Shown: one piece after another, positions 1-10,400 of the stretch
Position numbering within the stretch: the first letter of the stretch is position 1
How the letters are laid out: every line of letters begins with the position of its first letter
IMG/VR virus record: IMGVR_UViG_3300042914_003341
Direction: 5' to 3' (one strand)
DNA from: an uncultured virus (IMG/VR IMGVR_UViG_3300042914_003341)
Taxonomy: Duplodnaviria; Heunggongvirae; Uroviricota; Caudoviricetes
DNA: 27,347 nucleotides
The notes under the pieces: generated by a model
The model's database searches: none
What the model was told of the DNA's origin: nothing
The model's input: only the letters and a program-made list of their open reading frames with translations
Program-made: the position numbers and the translations under genes

Positions 1-104
1 AAAGTCAACTGTGCCGGTGGTGTGATTGTCAAACCATTGTTCACCGGCCTGATGTTGAATGGAGGCTGGGTGTTGTTGTTTCTTGTGTTGGTTGGTCCGG
101 CCAT
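1..104 (-). CDS. Hypothetical (probable virion) protein, 5' part only; runs off the window edge
   Basis: ATG at 104 opens MAGPTNTRNNNTQPPFNIRPVNNGLTITPPAQLT with no stop before the edge. It lies 33 nt after the preceding stop and is preceded by GTTATTATC. Confidence 0.6.
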   Translation of the reverse strand, partial: MAGPTNTRNNNTQPPFNIRPVNNGLTITPPAQLT

Positions 105-119
105 GGCTCACTGTGCTTT

Positions 120-128
120 GATAATAAC
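120..128 (-). promoter_or_regulatory. GTTATTATC, candidate -10-only (late) promoter element
   Basis: An identical 9-mer occurs at 2336-2344 upstream of the preceding gene. TATTAT is a -10-like hexamer and no convincing -35 is present. Confidence 0.4.
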
Positions 129-137
129 GCAAGCTAC

Positions 138-2327
138 TCATGTTGTTGTTGTGATGGTATCACTCCCAGCTAGCACGGTGCCATCGAGCAACCAGCCAAC
201 GACACCATAAACTCCATTTATCTTCGCGGTGGCTGGGGTGTCATAGAAGCTATAAACACCATTCGATGCTGAACTCCCAGCTATGACTGCACGTAGTTTT
301 CCATCTCGCCAGACGACGAAATGCGAGATGCTGTTGGCAACGTTTGGTTTGTCGATCTGCCACGTGATCTTTTCCAACGTTGGAGTGACGAAAACACCGG
401 TCGATTGTTTCTGTGAAATCACCGGCTTTGAAGCCGTCATCAGATCGATCGGAACATATGTAGCATCGACAAAGAACCCAACTAGTGCACTATTCCCAGT
501 ATATCTTTCATAAGTTTTTGTTGGAACAACGTTTGAGCCAGAGGATGGTGCTAACGTTCCAGTCAGGAGTGCTGTTGGATTTAGAGTTGTTGCTGGGGTG
601 TATTGAAATGGTATTGTAAAGCTGCTCCCGGGACGCGGAGTGGAATAACCGGTCGCCACGTATGCATCGATGGATGTTTGTGGGTTGCGAACTGTCGTGA
701 TCATTTCAAGCTTGTAGTAACTTGGCTGCAAACCAGAATATGTGACTGTCGAGCCTTGGCCGTAGACGCCTAGGAATATCTCTTCGCCAGTGACCATGTT
801 GCGAAGCGTTGTTTTTGCCGTTACCAACTGAGCAAGTTGTTTTGGATCAATGTCACTAGAATAATACTGAATCAGCCCTTGAGCAGTCAAGATCTTGACC
901 AACTCTGAAGTGACTGTCTCTTGTGCGATATCAAAACCCAATTCAAAACTCAGATTGAACGTATTATTTTGTTGCACGTACTGTGTGGCAAGACCATCGA
1001 CCACTGGTTTTGCAAAACCTATTGCAACCGACGAAGGATCAATCAGAATGGTGGAATTCCTCGTTCGCGTCTGGTTGCCTCTAGTATCTGTGCAAACGGC
1101 ATAGTATGTGTAGTACATCGATCTCGCGACAGTGCTGATAGACTGATCTAGCCTATCAGTCATTGAAACATCGATTGGTGTTCCAGTTGTTTGTTGTGAC
1201 AACAGCAAAGTGCTAGTCTGTTCCCCAAACTCTTGATCAATCGTGTTACTGTATCTATAGATATTAACGCAAGACACATTAGCTGGAACATTCAATAGCT
1301 CAATAAGCACTCCATCGTCGGTTCTCGAAAGCGAAAGAGATGCTTGCACACATGTCGTGCTCATCATGCCGCCAACAACGGCACCGGCAAATCTTCCGAG
1401 CGAGTCAACAGCACGATAAATTGCAACATTCTCTGATGATTGTGCCAAATGATTTGACGCTATGACCGTTGCCGTGTTACTGTTTGCATACGACTGTCCA
1501 GCATAAACAGCGCTGTTGCCTCCGGTGTCTTGGAGGAGCGATCCAGGATTTAAATCAATGTTGAATATCTTGGTCGACGCTTCTGATCTCACAGCCAATG
1601 ATACAACACCAGGATTCTCTTGCCGGTGCGCGCTCAGCGATGGTGGCAGTTGAGCTCTCTTCTTCGTTATTTCATGTTCTAGCAACAACGTCTTCTTACT
1701 GACCCTGACAACGTCTTTCCCGACAAAGATGCCGTTGCCATTATAAGAATTGATCGTGACCAGATACCATTCAGATCCCGTGGAGGATGCTATCTCAGCT
1801 ATTCCAGCTTGATTTAAAACAATCATGGCCGTGTCATCGACCGGTGCGCCGATACGAGCACTGCCCACAGTCCCAGGATCATTCCTGCGCAAAAAAATGT
1901 CTTCGAAGAAAGTCGACTTGGTTTTCAATAACGTCAAAGCTGCATCCGGTACGACGTATTCACTGTACATTGTGCCCAAGTTGGCTCTCAACGTTTCAAT
2001 TGAGAGTTTGACAGTCAAGAGATTGTTTGCAGAGACAGAGGATGCCGTCTGGAACGTTTGCGACTGAGCCGTTTGAATCAATTGTGAAATTGACTGCCTG
2101 GACCCTAGAAGCGCCAGTTGGCTACTGATTCCTGATGTGATTTGTGCAACTGTAACTGTCACACTCGCAATATCATTGCTATTAGTCACGGATGCACGAT
2201 TCATGAAAAGCGCAAGGTATCCAGTGCCATCTTCGATCCTGCTGAGGATGACTGGGGTGGTGAAACGCTCATCAAACCTGATGATTCCTTCGTTGGAATT
2301 GTTGCGCGACAAACTGTTGATGATCAT
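138..2327 (-). CDS. Hypothetical Ser/Thr-rich putative virion protein (~729 aa), possibly with Ig/FN3-like beta-sandwich domains
   Basis: Long ORF; start moved from the overlapping TTG at 2381 to ATG 2327 (MIINSLSR). Segments 'VNIYRY...YTYYAVCTDTRGN' and 'ITWQID...SHFVVWRDGK...YSFYD...YGVVG' look FN3-like. Lies in the structural cluster. Confidence 0.6.
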   Translation of the reverse strand: MIINSLSRNNSNEGIIRFDERFTTPVILSRIEDGTGYLALFMNRASVTNSNDIASVTVTVAQITSGISSQLALLGSRQSISQLIQTAQSQTFQTASSVSANNLLTVKLSIETLRANLGTMYSEYVVPDAALTLLKTKSTFFEDIFLRRNDPGTVGSARIGAPVDDTAMIVLNQAGIAEIASSTGSEWYLVTINSYNGNGIFVGKDVVRVSKKTLLLEHEITKKRAQLPPSLSAHRQENPGVVSLAVRSEASTKIFNIDLNPGSLLQDTGGNSAVYAGQSYANSNTATVIASNHLAQSSENVAIYRAVDSLGRFAGAVVGGMMSTTCVQASLSLSRTDDGVLIELLNVPANVSCVNIYRYSNTIDQEFGEQTSTLLLSQQTTGTPIDVSMTDRLDQSISTVARSMYYTYYAVCTDTRGNQTRTRNSTILIDPSSVAIGFAKPVVDGLATQYVQQNNTFNLSFELGFDIAQETVTSELVKILTAQGLIQYYSSDIDPKQLAQLVTAKTTLRNMVTGEEIFLGVYGQGSTVTYSGLQPSYYKLEMITTVRNPQTSIDAYVATGYSTPRPGSSFTIPFQYTPATTLNPTALLTGTLAPSSGSNVVPTKTYERYTGNSALVGFFVDATYVPIDLMTASKPVISQKQSTGVFVTPTLEKITWQIDKPNVANSISHFVVWRDGKLRAVIAGSSASNGVYSFYDTPATAKINGVYGVVGWLLDGTVLAGSDTITTTT

Positions 2328-2335
2328 GATGATGA

Positions 2336-2344
2336 GATAATAAC
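2336..2344 (-). promoter_or_regulatory. GTTATTATC, candidate -10-only (late) promoter element
   Basis: Intergenic, 8 nt upstream of ATG 2327, identical to the copy at 120-128. Confidence 0.4.
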
Positions 2345-2355
2345 CCGATTTCTTC

Positions 2356-3453
2356 TCAGCTTTGAAAGACCAACGTCGCAATGTTCACGAACTTGTTTGC
2401 ACCCGTTATAGAGTCAGCATACACTTTACCAAGAAAATAAACATGAATACGCCTGACGGAATCAGAAGCATCCGGACTAACTGGGCTTGCAACTGCCTCT
2501 GGGAATATGTTTGCGTTTGGATCGATCGATCTAGCAACGGAAAAAACGCCAAAATCAACAATGTCTAGCTTAGAGAGCTTTGCTCCACCGACCTCGAACA
2601 CCTGACACATCAATCTATTTGTCGTTGTAGTTTCAGAGAATGTGACTGTTTGCCGTGGAAGATTTCCGGAACCGTTTGGCTGCTTAAAACTTCGAACCAA
2701 GTCTTGCACTGTTTCAATCCTTTCCAGCCCTTGTATTGCGGCAAAATAGTTGCCTATCGCAACACCAGTGACATTTGGAGAGTTGTCGAGTTTGTTGACC
2801 GGTGGAAGAAACTGGAATGCGTCCGCATGTGACAAATGCTTGTCTGCAAACATGTCCTCTGTTGCTTCTAGAATTCCAGCGGTCATGCCACCTGGAACCA
2901 TGGCTGGCGCCAGTTGATCGTCAATGCTGAACGTCAAGCTGTTTGTGCTGAGTTTGAACGCGTTTCTGTTTGGATACAACAGATCTGGACTTTGTAGCAA
3001 ACCAAGACGTCTGAAATTGTCAGCCGATCCGGAAAGGATACTGTTTGCCAAGCTAGAAAAAAGAACTGAGGACGTTACTTGAGTTGGTTGCTCCAAGTTC
3101 CATCCCTGAACAAGACTGCCGCCAATAATCCGCAAGACGCTCTGTGAGACGTCTGTGGAAACATAACTGGGAACTTGGAAATAGTTGTTCTTGCTGTTGA
3201 ACACGGCAAGATTCCCAGCGTCATCTGATTCGAATGCCACCTGATCTTGCGGCAGGCTCATAGCTTCAAATGCAACGATCGTAGCGGTGTTCTGCTCTGG
3301 CGAACTGCCAGACACACTGATATCTGCTGGTGAATACACAGCACTGGCATCACTGAAGGAGTAGAATATCGGTTTGAATGTACCAGCGGCCAACTGTCGC
3401 TTTCCCTCTTCAGTGATGATCGTGTCAATTATCCTAGTTTTAGAATCGAGCAT
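2356..3453 (-). CDS. Hypothetical putative virion/baseplate-associated protein (365 aa)
   Basis: TAATG coupling to the upstream gene. The N-terminus 'LDSKTRIIDTIITEEGKRQLAAG..F..YSFSD' resembles, from memory, N-termini of large-phage tail/baseplate proteins. Confidence 0.6.
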   Translation of the reverse strand: MLDSKTRIIDTIITEEGKRQLAAGTFKPIFYSFSDASAVYSPADISVSGSSPEQNTATIVAFEAMSLPQDQVAFESDDAGNLAVFNSKNNYFQVPSYVSTDVSQSVLRIIGGSLVQGWNLEQPTQVTSSVLFSSLANSILSGSADNFRRLGLLQSPDLLYPNRNAFKLSTNSLTFSIDDQLAPAMVPGGMTAGILEATEDMFADKHLSHADAFQFLPPVNKLDNSPNVTGVAIGNYFAAIQGLERIETVQDLVRSFKQPNGSGNLPRQTVTFSETTTTNRLMCQVFEVGGAKLSKLDIVDFGVFSVARSIDPNANIFPEAVASPVSPDASDSVRRIHVYFLGKVYADSITGANKFVNIATLVFQS

Positions 3454-4682
3454 TATTGCGCCAACCTCTCATCGTCATCAAACCACGGCATCCCAGCCCT
3501 ACAATAGCGATCATATATTCCGGAGCATTTTGGGTTTACTGTGTAAGCCGCTGCCACGTTTGATCCTGAATATATGCTCGCAGTTAGCCACATATTTTGC
3601 TCACCAGATAGCGCGGCGCCGGAAATGAACGTAACGCCATTCAGCAAAGGTCCATTCTCGTTTGTAATACCGCGTTCAGATCCAGAAACTGGCGCCAGAA
3701 CACTTTGCAATGATATGTGGAGCAGGTTGTATGGCTGGCCAAAACGATCTGGGAGAAATATGGCCGATGGCCCGGTCATTATCCCCGAAGACAATCCATA
3801 CCTCCAGCCTTCGACGAAAGCACCAGAAGCAAATATGTATGTATCGCCGCTTGTCGGTGATGGTGTATAGGTCAACGCCTGCGCCGCGGCCGGTTTGATA
3901 CCATACATAACTTTGTTCGCTAGCGAACTGTCTTGCTCGTTGCTGGTCGGTAGTATCTCGTCAAATTCACCAATAGGAATAGAGCGAAAACGCTGCGTGT
4001 AGAACGTGTATGTCTTGACGCCAAGTTGAGAGTTAGCCAAACTGCCAGATACAGAAACAATGTTCATGTTGTCGCGATCGATCACCGCAACTGATCCTGT
4101 TTTATATTTGAATGTCACATCATTGATACTGCCGAACAAGCCATTCTTCGCATATGCATTGCCGCGGTCTAGCAGTTGGTATTTTTTTTCGAATGGAAAA
4201 CTGAACTGCCATTCAATGTTGGAAATTCTTTGACCATTGTTGCTTGACGTGAGATACCCGTTGGTAGAAAAAATAGCAGTGAAATAACGTTCATTCCCAA
4301 TCAGCGGATTGAATGCGCTATTTTCATCGCTCGGATAGCAAACACTCCCAGAACCAAATGCGCCTGTCGTAAAAATCTTAGCAATGTTTGGCACAATGGA
4401 GTCTGTATAGGCCGACTCCATGCTAAAAAGCTTTAAAAATCTAGAGTTGCCGCCATACACCGCTGAAGTGAAAGTTCCGCCTTCCACATATGTGCTAAGC
4501 AACAAAGACTCTTCCCAAGCTGTGCTATTGGCTTTAACCTTCGATCCCAAACGTTTTCTAGTCCATGTGTTTGGGGTTTCGAAACTCAGCCCAGGACTCC
4601 CAACAAAAATCCCGTCAGTGTATGCCTCATAGTATGAATCTGTGTCTTCGTTTAAGAATATGATTGGCGATCCTGAACTCAT
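3453..4682 (-). CDS. Hypothetical putative virion protein (409 aa)
   Basis: ATGA coupling to the upstream gene; rich in S/T/G and aromatic residues, with repeated [ST][GA]S motifs. Confidence 0.6.
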   Translation of the reverse strand: MSSGSPIIFLNEDTDSYYEAYTDGIFVGSPGLSFETPNTWTRKRLGSKVKANSTAWEESLLLSTYVEGGTFTSAVYGGNSRFLKLFSMESAYTDSIVPNIAKIFTTGAFGSGSVCYPSDENSAFNPLIGNERYFTAIFSTNGYLTSSNNGQRISNIEWQFSFPFEKKYQLLDRGNAYAKNGLFGSINDVTFKYKTGSVAVIDRDNMNIVSVSGSLANSQLGVKTYTFYTQRFRSIPIGEFDEILPTSNEQDSSLANKVMYGIKPAAAQALTYTPSPTSGDTYIFASGAFVEGWRYGLSSGIMTGPSAIFLPDRFGQPYNLLHISLQSVLAPVSGSERGITNENGPLLNGVTFISGAALSGEQNMWLTASIYSGSNVAAAYTVNPKCSGIYDRYCRAGMPWFDDDERLAQ

Positions 4683-6367
4683 TTGCTGCTAACAATCTCC
4701 TCGTGTATTGCATTGGACGTCAGATTCTGGTTTAATCCATCATCGGCTTCCACTAACATTCCTGTTTCTTCGTCCAGGCGAAGAAGACTTCCGTACAATA
4801 TGACCTTGTTGATGCCGGTTGTTGCAAACACGAAGCTGTTCTGGGATACAGAGCCGAACCGATCCCATGGCAATTGAAAACCTACTGTCAGTTCGTCACC
4901 CGGCATGAGCACATAGGGGTTGATCTTCGAATATTCAGCGTTGATGCTGAAGTTTAAAGTGCCCGGGCCAATAGAATACGATGCATTGCCAGCTACGGTT
5001 GATTTGGCGTTGGCGTTCTGCCAGTCGCGCCCATTCGAATCTTTGAAACCGGAGCTGCGTCCAGATCGATCGAGTGTCGGCACGAAAGTTCTGTAGTTGC
5101 CCAGCGATCCAGAAAATGATGCAAGCAAACCAGCATCGTATGAAATCGGATTCTTGCAAGAGCTACTGAGAATGAACTGTCTGCTATTCTCGGCGCCATA
5201 CCACATAGAAGACCATGGCGTTATTGGCGTACCTTCGCGAGAAAGATAATTGCTCGTGTCTCCGCTAGCGCTGATTGCGACCTGTGCATAGTCCACAATG
5301 TCTAGGTAGTGAGTTCCAACAATGCTAGCAGTTGTGGTAGTGCTCAGAGCCAAGGCACCGCCAGTGAGATATTTCACTATTTGACTTTTGCTGACTGATC
5401 CAGAGACTGTTGGCCGTTTGTTCAAGAGAAACCATGTCCAGATTGCCGTGTTCGAGGTAGCTCCGGTCATTCCTTTGATGGAGCCTGAAAACTCGTAAAC
5501 AACTTTCTCTAGCAGGAAAGGAGCTGTCAATCGATCTGCCATCGAGATTTGCTGGGAGCTCGTCGGAATGAATTTTGGATGGTACGGAAACCCCGCATCA
5601 TCAAACACTCTGCCGTACAGGTTGTATTGTACTGCCGCAAAGCCGGTCATCGAGCCGCCGTTATCCATCGACGGTGAGAACCCCAGTGTCTGTTCACTTA
5701 GAAATTGTCTGAGCCCAGATAGGTTGTTCGCATAACTGTACAACGGCAACCCGGTGCCAATGCCCTCGAACAATTTTCTCTCATTGTTCCAATATGACAT
5801 CGGATAATTGGCTGTGGAATCACTGATGAAACATGACACACTGTGAACAGCCGAAGGAGTGAGATCTATTTCAATCTTTGTCTTGGACCATAGAGGTGCT
5901 GTGAAACCAAAGCCGATGTCTGAGATTTTAGAGCCGGTGGCATAGAACTGATTTGCCGTTGATTGATCACTTTCAGGGTTTGCAAAATCAGACCATGGTT
6001 GCAGGGTCTGCGACGGCTCCGAATAACTCTGTTCAACAAAGAAATCAACTGTGCTGATGGCAGAAGGTTGTTCATTCGTAGAAACAGATATCGATCCAGT
6101 TGGTATCAAAACTGGCCTAAGCTCCTGGCTGATGCTTGATGTGATGTTTTCCGGAGTCATGACAAGAGGGTAAAGAACAGTTCTTTGTTGGCCACTTGGA
6201 GCAAGTCGCAAAGTTCGATCATCCGAAAAAACTATTGCAGCTATTCCATTTCGATTGTCCAGAACAGTTCGTGCCCTTGTTGGGAAACTGCCTGAAACAT
6301 TGTCGAGTTCCCGAGCTGACAGCTTGGCTGGCAATCCTCGAAGCCTAGTATTCTTTGTGTTTTTCAT
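4679..6367 (-). CDS. Hypothetical putative virion protein (562 aa)
   Basis: TAATG coupling upstream and ATGA coupling downstream; S/T-rich with repeated [ST][GA]S motifs. Confidence 0.6.
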   Translation of the reverse strand: MKNTKNTRLRGLPAKLSARELDNVSGSFPTRARTVLDNRNGIAAIVFSDDRTLRLAPSGQQRTVLYPLVMTPENITSSISQELRPVLIPTGSISVSTNEQPSAISTVDFFVEQSYSEPSQTLQPWSDFANPESDQSTANQFYATGSKISDIGFGFTAPLWSKTKIEIDLTPSAVHSVSCFISDSTANYPMSYWNNERKLFEGIGTGLPLYSYANNLSGLRQFLSEQTLGFSPSMDNGGSMTGFAAVQYNLYGRVFDDAGFPYHPKFIPTSSQQISMADRLTAPFLLEKVVYEFSGSIKGMTGATSNTAIWTWFLLNKRPTVSGSVSKSQIVKYLTGGALALSTTTTASIVGTHYLDIVDYAQVAISASGDTSNYLSREGTPITPWSSMWYGAENSRQFILSSSCKNPISYDAGLLASFSGSLGNYRTFVPTLDRSGRSSGFKDSNGRDWQNANAKSTVAGNASYSIGPGTLNFSINAEYSKINPYVLMPGDELTVGFQLPWDRFGSVSQNSFVFATTGINKVILYGSLLRLDEETGMLVEADDGLNQNLTSNAIHEEIVSSK

Positions 6368-7473
6368 TATCTCATATACCCAGAATAAGCAACAGAGTCA
6401 GTACCGTAGATACTAGCCTGATTATAGCTCAAGTCAGGCGTCCAACCGTTTACGAAACTGATGTTGTCGCGAGTCTGCTCAAAATCAACAGAGTTGCCAA
6501 AAGAATAGCCCGTGTGTGCATAATACGGCAAAAAAACAGCCGGATTGTTTGAGAGTGGTAGACTCTTTGCCAACAACACTAACGCAGAATTGGCCGATGT
6601 TCCTCCAGCTAGCTCCACAAAAGATCTTCCGGAATATTCATCGCGCCAAGGTGTAAGATGGCTGCAAGAAACCACCGAAAGAACGTCATTGTCGCGTTGA
6701 GAAGTGGCGCCAACAAACATTTCATTATTCTCTACCAAGATCAGATCTGCGCCGCTATCAACAAACGCTCTTGGAGCCGTGTATTGATATTCTGCCAGTG
6801 ACTCGCGATTTCTTTGATTGCCAAACCCGACCAAAGCCGAACCGAGTGGGTTTGCGTGCTCTGCATTGTCCGCACCTAGGAATCCGTTCGAACGTAGCCC
6901 GAACTGTGACGCTAGCGGATTTTCAACAAACTTGACCATGCCAGTGTAGAGCGGAAAAGGCTCGATGATGAAACCGTTGAAGTCTGGTTTGTTGGCTGAG
7001 TCAACAAAGAAAGGATACACAGCCGAAGAATCTAAGACACCAGACAAGACCAAGCTGTTCTGCTTGAAATATCTCACCATTCCAGGGAATTGAACGCCAT
7101 TCACATAATCTGACTGATCGACACCCTGGATCTGATCAGAAAAAGCAACAGAATCGCCATTCACCGTATATCCGTGCAGCGCGGATAAGCCTAAGAGTGA
7201 ACTCTCATTGAATGAGTGATTGATGATGCCATTTGGTCTTGCTGGGAATTCTGAGTCGGTTGGGAGAAAAGTTACTTTCACCTGATCGCTTTGAAAGTAA
7301 TCATTCACGGTACGGAGGAACAGACCGTCGCGATAGTTGTCAAACTCTGCTGTGTTGATCGATCCAGTATAAAAAGTGGAAGAGCTTGGCAGAGCATGGA
7401 TGATACCATAGAACTGATCTTGAAGATCGTTGAATGGCTCGATGGCGAAAGATGCTGTTGTGTTGACGGTCAT
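6367..7473 (-). CDS. Hypothetical putative virion protein (368 aa)
   Basis: ATG 11 nt after the previous stop; coupled to the next gene; structural-cluster context. Confidence 0.6.
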   Translation of the reverse strand: MTVNTTASFAIEPFNDLQDQFYGIIHALPSSSTFYTGSINTAEFDNYRDGLFLRTVNDYFQSDQVKVTFLPTDSEFPARPNGIINHSFNESSLLGLSALHGYTVNGDSVAFSDQIQGVDQSDYVNGVQFPGMVRYFKQNSLVLSGVLDSSAVYPFFVDSANKPDFNGFIIEPFPLYTGMVKFVENPLASQFGLRSNGFLGADNAEHANPLGSALVGFGNQRNRESLAEYQYTAPRAFVDSGADLILVENNEMFVGATSQRDNDVLSVVSCSHLTPWRDEYSGRSFVELAGGTSANSALVLLAKSLPLSNNPAVFLPYYAHTGYSFGNSVDFEQTRDNISFVNGWTPDLSYNQASIYGTDSVAYSGYMR

Positions 7474-7484
7474 GGTGTTGCTGC

Positions 7485-10400
7485 TCAGTACCTTCTAAGA
7501 AGACCACGAAACTGTTGTAAGGCGATGGCGCCGTTGTTTCTGAGTGGCGAGTTGTTGTCGGCATAACGAACATACATGTCGTCAAATCTGTAATCGACCT
7601 TCCCACGTTCTAGCATGTGTGACTCAATCACATAGTTTATGCCGTTGAACTTTGTACGAAATGGTATCAGTTGTTGTATGAGTCCACCGATGTTGGTATT
7701 GAACCATTTGTAGAATTGGAAATATCCTCTGATGTTCAGTTTGTTGGTCAGTCTATTGAAGTATACTTCTTGAAGCATGTCCATGTCTGGGTAACTCTGA
7801 CCAAACATAGTGCTTGGAGCGCCAATCGCATTGTTGATCAGATCATAGTTCGCGAACATGCTCATCATGTCTTGGTTCAGTGCATCAACAATGCTAAAGT
7901 CAATGCTGAAATATGCATCATCCTTTGGTTCCTGTTCACCAACCAATTGTGTGACCGGTGCCAGTGAGAGCTCTGTGTTGTCGGAACTGTTCACTTCGTC
8001 CGGATCTGTGAAGCTTCGAACACGCACTTTACGGTTTGTCACGCTCTCATCATAGTTTGGAGATATGAAAGAGTAGTAATACCTCTCTGGTCGGATTGCA
8101 CGATAACTTGCAGGAAACAAACTACCGCTGGCCGTCAACATATTCCCAGAGAAGTCAAACAACTCCAGCGAACCATCGCCTGCCGACTGTGTCACGATCT
8201 GATCCGTTGACCAGTCGCAACGAAGCTTCTGGAATGATCCGGACGAAGAAGAGACAAAGTTAAAGTTCGTCAAAGGATTTGAAACACCTAACGACTTGAA
8301 ATTCAGAACGTGTTCACGCCATTCAACTTCTGACAATGCCAAACTCCAGAATCTGATCTGTCCCAGCATACCAACCATGTCTAGCGAGCTTGATCTTGTG
8401 GCATTCAGAAACAGACTCGATGAGTTGTACGTTATTGAACTCTCAGGATTTCCAAAAGCCAAGAAACAGCCATTGTCGATGTTCTGAATTGATGATGTTG
8501 ACTGTAGTGCACAATAAGCACCCGCGGTGTCATTGAAATAGCTGGCGGTGTTGACTATCTGCACCATCTCGCCCATGTTCTGTCTGGCTGCACGAAGAAA
8601 CCATGAACTTGAAACGCCAACGTATGATGGATCAGAGACAAGATCAGCTCTCTCGCGGCCAAATGACACATTCCACTTCTGTCCGTCAAACATATCCAAA
8701 CCAGCGATCGACATTGTCAGTGGCTGAGGGCTGTTTGCGCCAGAACATGGCTGAGCATAGAGTATGAGCTGATTGCCAGACTGAGACGAGCCAGAAACAA
8801 CAAAAAGGTTGCAAAGGATGTTGTGCGTGTTGTTTGATGCGCTCGTTTCTAGACGCATCAAACTCTGAGAAACTGGAAACGAAACTGAAGGCGCGAACTT
8901 CCAGATGCCTTCAACTGTCCATGAGCCACTAACCAGAGATGCATCAGAGACACTTGTTGAACCGATGTTTCTACCAAACGAATCTGTTATGAACGCTCCA
9001 CTCATCGATGGAGTTCCTGGCTCCACGCGACTAGCACTCAATGCCAGACTCTGGAAATAGCCACCACTGACAAAATCGATCATCGATGCGATCTCAGACC
9101 GCGACTCTCTCAGGTTTTTCTGAGCCTGTAAGAGATTTGTTCTTGTTGGGCCACCATGTTCTCGAAACCTGAATATGTTTGAACTATCAATACCAACAGC
9201 GGCCAAGGCGCTCTGGATTGAATGGATTGTGCCTTTGCTCTTGATGATGTCATTGACATTGATCAGGATGCGTTTCCAAACTGTGTTTTGAATATCACGA
9301 AGACTCAGCGGTGAGTCTATGAGTTCTGGGTCAAGATCTGTGCCGTCGATAAACTGATCAATGTTTGCGCCAACAAATATCGATGGCAACTCTATCCCAT
9401 AGTGGGCGGCTAGCGACTGCAAGAAAACATCAGGAGTTGTGTTTGATGAGTCATAGTCGACATGCCTCAGTGTTGAAAAAGCGTCAATATAAAGCTTGAG
9501 TTCGTCGAAGAAGCTTGCCCAGAGGTATAGAACACTCAGCATTGTCTGAGTAGAACCAAGCTCTGCTGTTCGTGGGGTCGTGCCATATGACAACTCATTC
9601 AAGTCGCCTTCTTCAGTCTCTTGTGCGAACAAAGTTTTGCCATATTGCAAATACTGCGCTGGAATAAGCTTGACAATGTGGCTCGGGTTTTCTGTGTCGT
9701 ATGTTGCCGCGTCCTCAAGGAGTGCTTCCTTCATTGAAACAACATCCGGATGGTCTGGGAAGAGCACAGGACAAGAACCTGATCTTTCATAGACCATTGG
9801 AGATTGGCCGCTTGGCAAACTAGCAGTCAGATAGTTTCGTACGCCTAGCGTCGAGAAAGCATATGCGTTCAAATAGCCATGCATGCCTTGCCCGCTGCTG
9901 TCGATCACTAAGGCATTGGACGTACTGGCTGGTTCATTTAGTTTTAAATAAACACTGAGTTTGCTGTCAGGCACGTTCGACAATGCACGTTCTGCTGTTA
10001 CGGCAGAACTGCTCGTGAAACTGTAAGCCGGGTAAATGTTGGTCTTCAAGTATTGCTGCAAAACTGATTCATCGACGGCCGTTTTGAAGTATCTTAACTC
10101 ATCCAGTGCCCCAGAGAATGTCATTGTCGGAACAATTCCAATCGCTGGCATTCCGCTTCCGGAGCCAATTAGAAGGTTGGCAACAGATGGGGTGCTGCTG
10201 ATATCAACGTTCTGGCTAGAAATCCCAATTAAATTTCCACTCAGATATCCGCGAAGTTCCGGAGTGTCTCTATCCCATATAAAACCAACGTTTGACCATG
10301 TCATCTTGTCCACGACGACAGAAGCAGTCATCGCATAGTTTGATGACCCAGAAACAACATAGAAAACCAGCTCTGCGCTCGGAGAAGAGTTGCTAGCTGT

